Part shown: one piece after another, positions 58,984 through 64,000 of the stretch | Numbering within the stretch: the first letter of the stretch is position 1 | Layout of the letters: every line of letters begins with the position of its first letter | IMG/VR virus record: IMGVR_UViG_3300045973_000169 | Span: 124,001-188,000 of that record | Length of the DNA stretch: 64,000 nt | Strand: one strand, 5' to 3' | Program-made: the position numbers and the translations under genes | Notes under the pieces: model-generated | Databases searched by the model: none | What the model was told of the DNA's origin: nothing | What the model saw: the letters and a program-made list of their open reading frames with translations, nothing else

Positions 58984-61494
58984 TTAGATTGCAGTTCTTT
59001 CGATTACAGCATCTATATCAACTTGTGTTAACTCTAGTGCTGGGTTTAGACTACATGTTAATAAGAACTTACCGATTGCATTTGCAGATTGAACAATCTG
59101 AAGATCCCATTTTGCATTTGAAGCTAGGTAACCTTGAGCAACATCGGTTGTGAATGATTCAGCAAGACGTGTTCTAGCTGCTTCGTAAAGTAAACGTGAA
59201 ACAGGTTTACCGATAAAGTTAACTAGGATTGAACGCTTACCTTCGATGATATACTTAATGGTTCTTGTAGTAGAAATTAAGAAGTATGCAGAGTTGCTTC
59301 TTGCTACAGCATTTGCATTATTAATAACCCAACCAAGACCTTTTTCTCTAGTGATAACAATAAACTTAGCAGCAGCTAGGTCATTGTATAATGCTCTTGT
59401 AACAACAACACTTACAGTAGCATTTGAAGTAGTACCAATCTTAGAGAATGATAGCCCTTCATTGTGTGGCTTACCTGCTAACATACCTAATGCATAAATA
59501 CCACAACTATCAATATAAGCGTTACCTGCACCCTTATTTGAGAAAGTAATTAGACCAGCTCCAACACAAAGGAACTTACCTAAATCAATTACTTTATTGT
59601 ATGTATCAATAGCTTCGATACCATCAACAAATCCTTCATCTGTCATTAACAGACCAAGTGCTGGATCAGCATATTGGTTAGTAGTTGTATCGGTTAGATA
59701 GCAACGATTATAATGAGCAGACCCTGTTAAAGTAGCTTCACCTAATAGACCAGTTCCACTAGCAGTAACATCAGTGATATTACCATTAACATCAGATTTA
59801 TATGTAGGCAATGTTCCTGCCCAAGCCTTAATTGCTCCACGACTAAAGTTAGCTGCTTTTAAAGCACTAATGTCTACATTCATACCAGCCAGTGGAGTGT
59901 TATATCCAACAGCAGCATTATTACAGAAATTAGCAAACATATAACCGAAGTGAGCTAGATAGAATCCAGGTTGTTTTGTATCAGACCATGAGTAAACAAA
60001 GTTGTCGCCTGCATCAACTTCTTTAACATAACCAATACCAAGTTCACGATTCTCTATTTTATTAAAGATAGCAGTCACAGTTGTAATATTAGCAATTGCA
60101 GGAGCAAGAACTTTTTGTAAGCTCGGAGCACTCTGATCGCCAATAGAAAGGGCTGTAGTCAATAGGATTGTTTTATTAGTTACATCAACTGAACTATAGA
60201 AGTAAGTTCCTGTTCCAATTGTTACATATCCAGAAGTAAGTAGTCCTGTAGTTCCAACTACACCAATTAATTTATTTGCATTTGCTCCAGAAGCAGCAAC
60301 TGAAGTAATATTAATAACTGGCTTTGCAACTGTTAACCTATAGTCTACTCCGTAAGGAACTAGATCAGTATAGGTCATGAAGTTGTGGTCAGTCCCATCA
60401 AAGATATCAACTGTACCAGTGATAGGCCATGTAGCAGCAGCATCAACTACGATTGAAGAATCGCCAACCTGTACATTTGCCTTTAGTAAAGTCGATTCAA
60501 TGTATTGTTTAGCATAGGTATCAGTAGCATTATAATTAACACCACCAGCAGCAATATAGTCAGGAGTATACATTTCGATGTCTAGTAATGCATTTCTCAT
60601 CTTACCGTAAAGTTCACGGTTAGTTAAGTTGAGTTGTGAATCACCAGCGACTAAAGTAGACCCAACCAGAGTAGCTGTCGAGTTAGTTGAGAAAGAAGTT
60701 CCAAGAGGCTCAGTTAATGCAAATGTTCTAGCCGTTACATTAGCTGCCTGATTTGAATAATTAACAAAAGAAACTGTAGTAATTGCTCCAGTAACTTCTG
60801 CAACTTTTAACTTTCCTTTTAGTGGAAATGAAGCAATTGAATCAACAACTGCAAGGACAGTATCATTACCAGCCACAGGAGCTGCTAACTCAAGACCTAC
60901 CCCAATTACATCCTGTAGAACAATCTCACCCATGCTAATAGGATTAGCAAGAGGATCATTATCAATATCAACACCATAAAGAGAAAGCTCATCGCCATCG
61001 CCAGCAGGAGTTGAATTAACAATAAAGTAACCAGCGTCTAATCCAGTAAATGAACTATAAACAAGTCTTTTATTCTTATCCCAAATCTTTACACCAGCAC
61101 GATTAATTCCAGTATCTGCTGGTTGGTTATTTGCATAAATAAAGAAATCATTTTCAATCCCATCATATGCATCAATAGTTTCAAGTGAAAGTCCATAAGA
61201 AGTAATAAGTGAGGCTGGTACGCCACCTACTCTTAGAGTAACGAACTTAACGGTATTTTTCTTTCCTGCATCCATATATCCATCATAGAATTCAAATACG
61301 GATTTCATTAAAGGATTATCAGTACCATAAATAGCAGTAGCACCATCAACTGTATTTAACTGGACTGGAATCCTAGGCCCTTTGGTAGCTTGTCCAAGGA
61401 AGACAGCAAGCTCACCATCAGATGATCTGGTAGTAATGTCGTCTCCAAGGAAGACCGATACCCCAGATAGGTATCTAGGCGCAACTTTAAACAT
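58984..61494 (-). CDS. Tail sheath protein
   Basis: LSGVSV, FLGQATKGP..P, A..IYG, LRVGG N-terminus; C-terminal ISTTRTI...FIGKP...LNPALEL..V; precedes the tube gene. Confidence 0.88.
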   Translation of the reverse strand: MFKVAPRYLSGVSVFLGDDITTRSSDGELAVFLGQATKGPRIPVQLNTVDGATAIYGTDNPLMKSVFEFYDGYMDAGKKNTVKFVTLRVGGVPASLITSYGLSLETIDAYDGIENDFFIYANNQPADTGINRAGVKIWDKNKRLVYSSFTGLDAGYFIVNSTPAGDGDELSLYGVDIDNDPLANPISMGEIVLQDVIGVGLELAAPVAGNDTVLAVVDSIASFPLKGKLKVAEVTGAITTVSFVNYSNQAANVTARTFALTEPLGTSFSTNSTATLVGSTLVAGDSQLNLTNRELYGKMRNALLDIEMYTPDYIAAGGVNYNATDTYAKQYIESTLLKANVQVGDSSIVVDAAATWPITGTVDIFDGTDHNFMTYTDLVPYGVDYRLTVAKPVINITSVAASGANANKLIGVVGTTGLLTSGYVTIGTGTYFYSSVDVTNKTILLTTALSIGDQSAPSLQKVLAPAIANITTVTAIFNKIENRELGIGYVKEVDAGDNFVYSWSDTKQPGFYLAHFGYMFANFCNNAAVGYNTPLAGMNVDISALKAANFSRGAIKAWAGTLPTYKSDVNGNITDVTASGTGLLGEATLTGSAHYNRCYLTDTTTNQYADPALGLLMTDEGFVDGIEAIDTYNKVIDLGKFLCVGAGLITFSNKGAGNAYIDSCGIYALGMLAGKPHNEGLSFSKIGTTSNATVSVVVTRALYNDLAAAKFIVITREKGLGWVINNANAVARSNSAYFLISTTRTIKYIIEGKRSILVNFIGKPVSRLLYEAARTRLAESFTTDVAQGYLASNAKWDLQIVQSANAIGKFLLTCSLNPALELTQVDIDAVIERTAI

Positions 61495-61521
61495 AATGAG
61501 TTTCCTCCATAATTATAACCT

Positions 61522-62253
61522 TTAGCTTTCTAAGCCATATTGTACTACAATTTGTTCTAAATTCTTTTCTCTAAAATCTCTTACCTCAGAGAATCGAATT
61601 TGGTAATCTTGAGTTTTGAATTTTCGTACACTTGTTTCACGATACATTATATCTTCATAACTCCCTGTCCAGATTATATCTCTTAGTCCTTTATGTTTAA
61701 AATACCATATGTTAGTATCTATGATCTCTTTTAGCATGTTAGCCCTTGGACGTATATCTTGAAAGAATTTTCCCCACACTTTGAACTTTATGTTTGCTTC
61801 TACGTCCCTGGTATATCTGATAATAGAATAACCCGTATACTCTGGGTCATCATATGTTCCTGCATATTTCCATTTTAAATTTTTGAATCTACTTTCATTA
61901 ATCTGATGTTGCCCTAAATTCCCATGGGTTTCACTAACTGTATAGGTAGCTATTCTCATATCTGGCAAGTAGTTATTTATGTATAACTGTATATTTTCAT
62001 CATACAAATTATTATTCAGTGTTGGGATTTCGCTTGCTTCTATTTCTTCTGAAAAGATAATTTGTTTATTCTGAGGGATTTGAAATACTTTATTGTATGT
62101 ATCATTTGCTTCTATTACTAATGTCATAAATCCATCAACTGTTTTGATTATACCCTCATTCAAAGCAGGTTCAGCTATTCGAACAGGCATATTAAGTGGC
62201 CCGTCTAGCAGTTCAAAAAAAACTTTTTTTGCGAATGATTTTGTCTCTGACAT
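61522..62253 (-). CDS. Putative tail completion/terminator protein
   Basis: 243 aa immediately upstream of the sheath; called on position. Confidence 0.5.
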   Translation of the reverse strand: MSETKSFAKKVFFELLDGPLNMPVRIAEPALNEGIIKTVDGFMTLVIEANDTYNKVFQIPQNKQIIFSEEIEASEIPTLNNNLYDENIQLYINNYLPDMRIATYTVSETHGNLGQHQINESRFKNLKWKYAGTYDDPEYTGYSIIRYTRDVEANIKFKVWGKFFQDIRPRANMLKEIIDTNIWYFKHKGLRDIIWTGSYEDIMYRETSVRKFKTQDYQIRFSEVRDFREKNLEQIVVQYGLES

Positions 62254-62276
62254 TATCTAACCTTAGTCTATTTTAT

Positions 62277-62286
62277 TGTTATTAAC
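62277..62286 (-). promoter_or_regulatory. GTTAATAACA motif copy
   Basis: GTTAATAACAATAAA, identical over 15 nt to the copy near 6423. Confidence 0.45.
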
Positions 62287-62288
62287 CG

Positions 62289-62726
62289 CTATCTTGTGGA
62301 AGGTTGTTTTATAGCTTCTATTTTCATAAAATGAGGAATATGATCCATGGATTGTGGTGGAGTAACTCTTTCTACAATCCATCTATTTCTCTTTAATATA
62401 TTATCTCCAAGCTTTGGTTCTTTCAGAAACCCACCATGTTCATCTACCCAAATCTCAAATAACAAATCACCTTTTCTTATATAGTAAGTATCTGAATCAA
62501 TTGAGCAATAGAATTTCATAACATCATTATCGAACTTAAATGTCTTCCCTTTCTTAATCCATTCTTGGAAGACAAATCCTCCACCTAAACAATTAGGACA
62601 GTTAGGGTCTGGAGTGGCTGTTTCTTTTCTCCAGCAGTGACAATGAGTAGTTGTATTATGTCTGATTAGCATAATGTCATGGTCTTTGCCAATAAACTTA
62701 TTGAATTCTTTAGTAAGATCAATCAT
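62289..62726 (-). CDS. Putative head-closure/neck protein with Zn finger
   Basis: CHCW...PDPNCPNCLGGG motif in the neck-gene position. Confidence 0.55.
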   Translation of the reverse strand: MIDLTKEFNKFIGKDHDIMLIRHNTTTHCHCWRKETATPDPNCPNCLGGGFVFQEWIKKGKTFKFDNDVMKFYCSIDSDTYYIRKGDLLFEIWVDEHGGFLKEPKLGDNILKRNRWIVERVTPPQSMDHIPHFMKIEAIKQPSTR

Positions 62727-64000
62727 TAGTACATTGTCTCCTGTTGTTCAGTCCAAGCTCCAATTGAAGGGAATGTTGCATGTGAGTTAAGATCAGCTCC
62801 ACTACTTCCGAAGTTACTTGAGTAGTATCCTAATCTCCATCTATAAGCAATAGTACGTGTTCCTTTAATCTCTATCTGTCTTCCTTCTTCATCAGTCATA
62901 ACTCTATTATAACTGGACTCATTAACCCAAGGATAGTAATCAGATACATCTAAGTTAGATCTACTTGTCTGAGGTCTATTAGGATCATAGATACCCTTAA
63001 CAAATGTCTTAGATACATAAGGAGTATCTAGACCACCAGCTAATATAATAAGTTCATAGAACTTTAAGTTTTCATTAATATATCTATGGATACCAGAATT
63101 TAGATCCCTATCATATTGTTTATAGATCTTAAATCCTTCAAGGTCTTTACTCTCTGCACTAACATCTAATGGACCAGATGATAAGAACATATAAGCAGTC
63201 GTATATGCTACCCAGTTCTTAACTGCATTCCAGTATCTCTCTGGAGATGCTAATTTATTAGGTCGTAAATGTCTATCAACATTAGTTGAGAAGTCTACTA
63301 TATTGTCTGCAATAACGAATGGATCAATAGTAGATAAATATTCAGGATGGATATCAATGACATCAGCAAGACCACAATAGAATGGACTTAACTCTGATGT
63401 AAAACTAAATGTAGTACTAGGAGATACACTTCCATTTGTAGCTTCAACCCCATCTAGTGTAATCTCATACCTACAATTTAACTTTACTACATCTTCTAGT
63501 TTTCTATTAACCGAAAAACCAAACTGCATTAAACCATCAGGAAATACCCAATTATCAGTTAATGTATATAAAGATAAGTCAGGTGATGCATCGGTAACAC
63601 CAACTACATTATATAATTTATGTAAAGAGAATGGTACTTTCCATTCGGTTATATAAATATCATTTACTAGATCAGCTTCTAATGTTGCTATTAGATTCCC
63701 AAATATATCTTTTATTTCTACAGGGATAGTTAATCCAAGTGCTAGTATGTCAGTTGAATCTACACGTAGAGCTAAATCTATTGTGTCTCCAATATCATAA
63801 ACTGCTACTGTATTTATAATAGATCCTTCATCTAACTTTTGTCCATAGAATGAAGTCTTCGTTATCGCTGGTTGTCTAGGAGTTAGTATAAATCCAAATG
63901 GGTTAATAGTCCCATCAGCACTTTCAGTAACGATTTTATGATACTTAGTTGGATCAGCTAATATAGATGCCCAAGTATATTTCCCTGCTAAGTCTACATA
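62726..64000 (-). CDS. Putative head-tail adaptor/neck protein, 5' truncated by window edge
   Basis: Frame is open from 64000 (YVDLAGKYTW...) into the listed ATG at 63529; FTSELSPFYC, SKDLEGFKI; called on position. Confidence 0.55.
   Translation of the reverse strand, partial: YVDLAGKYTWASILADPTKYHKIVTESADGTINPFGFILTPRQPAITKTSFYGQKLDEGSIINTVAVYDIGDTIDLALRVDSTDILALGLTIPVEIKDIFGNLIATLEADLVNDIYITEWKVPFSLHKLYNVVGVTDASPDLSLYTLTDNWVFPDGLMQFGFSVNRKLEDVVKLNCRYEITLDGVEATNGSVSPSTTFSFTSELSPFYCGLADVIDIHPEYLSTIDPFVIADNIVDFSTNVDRHLRPNKLASPERYWNAVKNWVAYTTAYMFLSSGPLDVSAESKDLEGFKIYKQYDRDLNSGIHRYINENLKFYELIILAGGLDTPYVSKTFVKGIYDPNRPQTSRSNLDVSDYYPWVNESSYNRVMTDEEGRQIEIKGTRTIAYRWRLGYYSSNFGSSGADLNSHATFPSIGAWTEQQETMY

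Noticed and set aside
4048-59497. Many short + strand ORFs in the ORF track (e.g. 7006-7380, 10486-10983, 36016-36423)
   Set aside because: They lie antisense to long, motif-bearing minus-strand genes and read as shadow frames.
1-64000. Stop-codon reassignment as seen in some large phages
   Set aside because: Coding density is near complete under the standard code, and both TAG (e.g. 26797, 34006, 62289) and TGA (e.g. 3588, 22973) end genes right at the next start.
1-64000. tRNA, rRNA, introns or inteins
   Set aside because: Intergenic gaps are very short, and no cloverleaf, splice-type interruption or intein terminal motifs were recognised by eye; a covariance-model scan would be needed to exclude small RNAs.

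Overview
AT-rich segment of a large contractile-tailed (myovirus-type) phage genome, standard genetic code. Three + strand genes (ATP-grasp protein, PIN-PhoH, small ORF) meet a hairpin terminator at ~2.3 kb. The other ~61.6 kb is one densely packed minus-strand late region. In transcription order it holds neck/head-tail proteins, tail sheath, three tail-tube paralogues, tail chaperones, three giant proteins (1948, 1659 and 2533 aa), spike/wedge/baseplate-J, many baseplate proteins with an embedded Cas4-like nuclease, tail fibres, homing endonucleases, small basic proteins and a lysis cassette. The main observation is that the giant proteins in the tape-measure/hub position carry enzyme domains. 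The 1659-aa protein has, in order, beta-like and beta'-like motifs of a two-barrel RNA polymerase including NADNDGD, suggesting a single-chain virion RNAP with hydrophobic termini. The 1948-aa tape-measure-like protein starts with a DEDDh exonuclease domain. The 2533-aa hub protein joins a thermonuclease-like domain to a lytic transglycosylase. Also notable: a recurrent GTTAWTAACA intergenic motif, RBS-occluding hairpins before both DUF723-type homing endonucleases, a dockerin-like tail-fibre tip, and unannotated tiny basic ORFs. All family assignments are by-eye motif recognition; no database searches were run.
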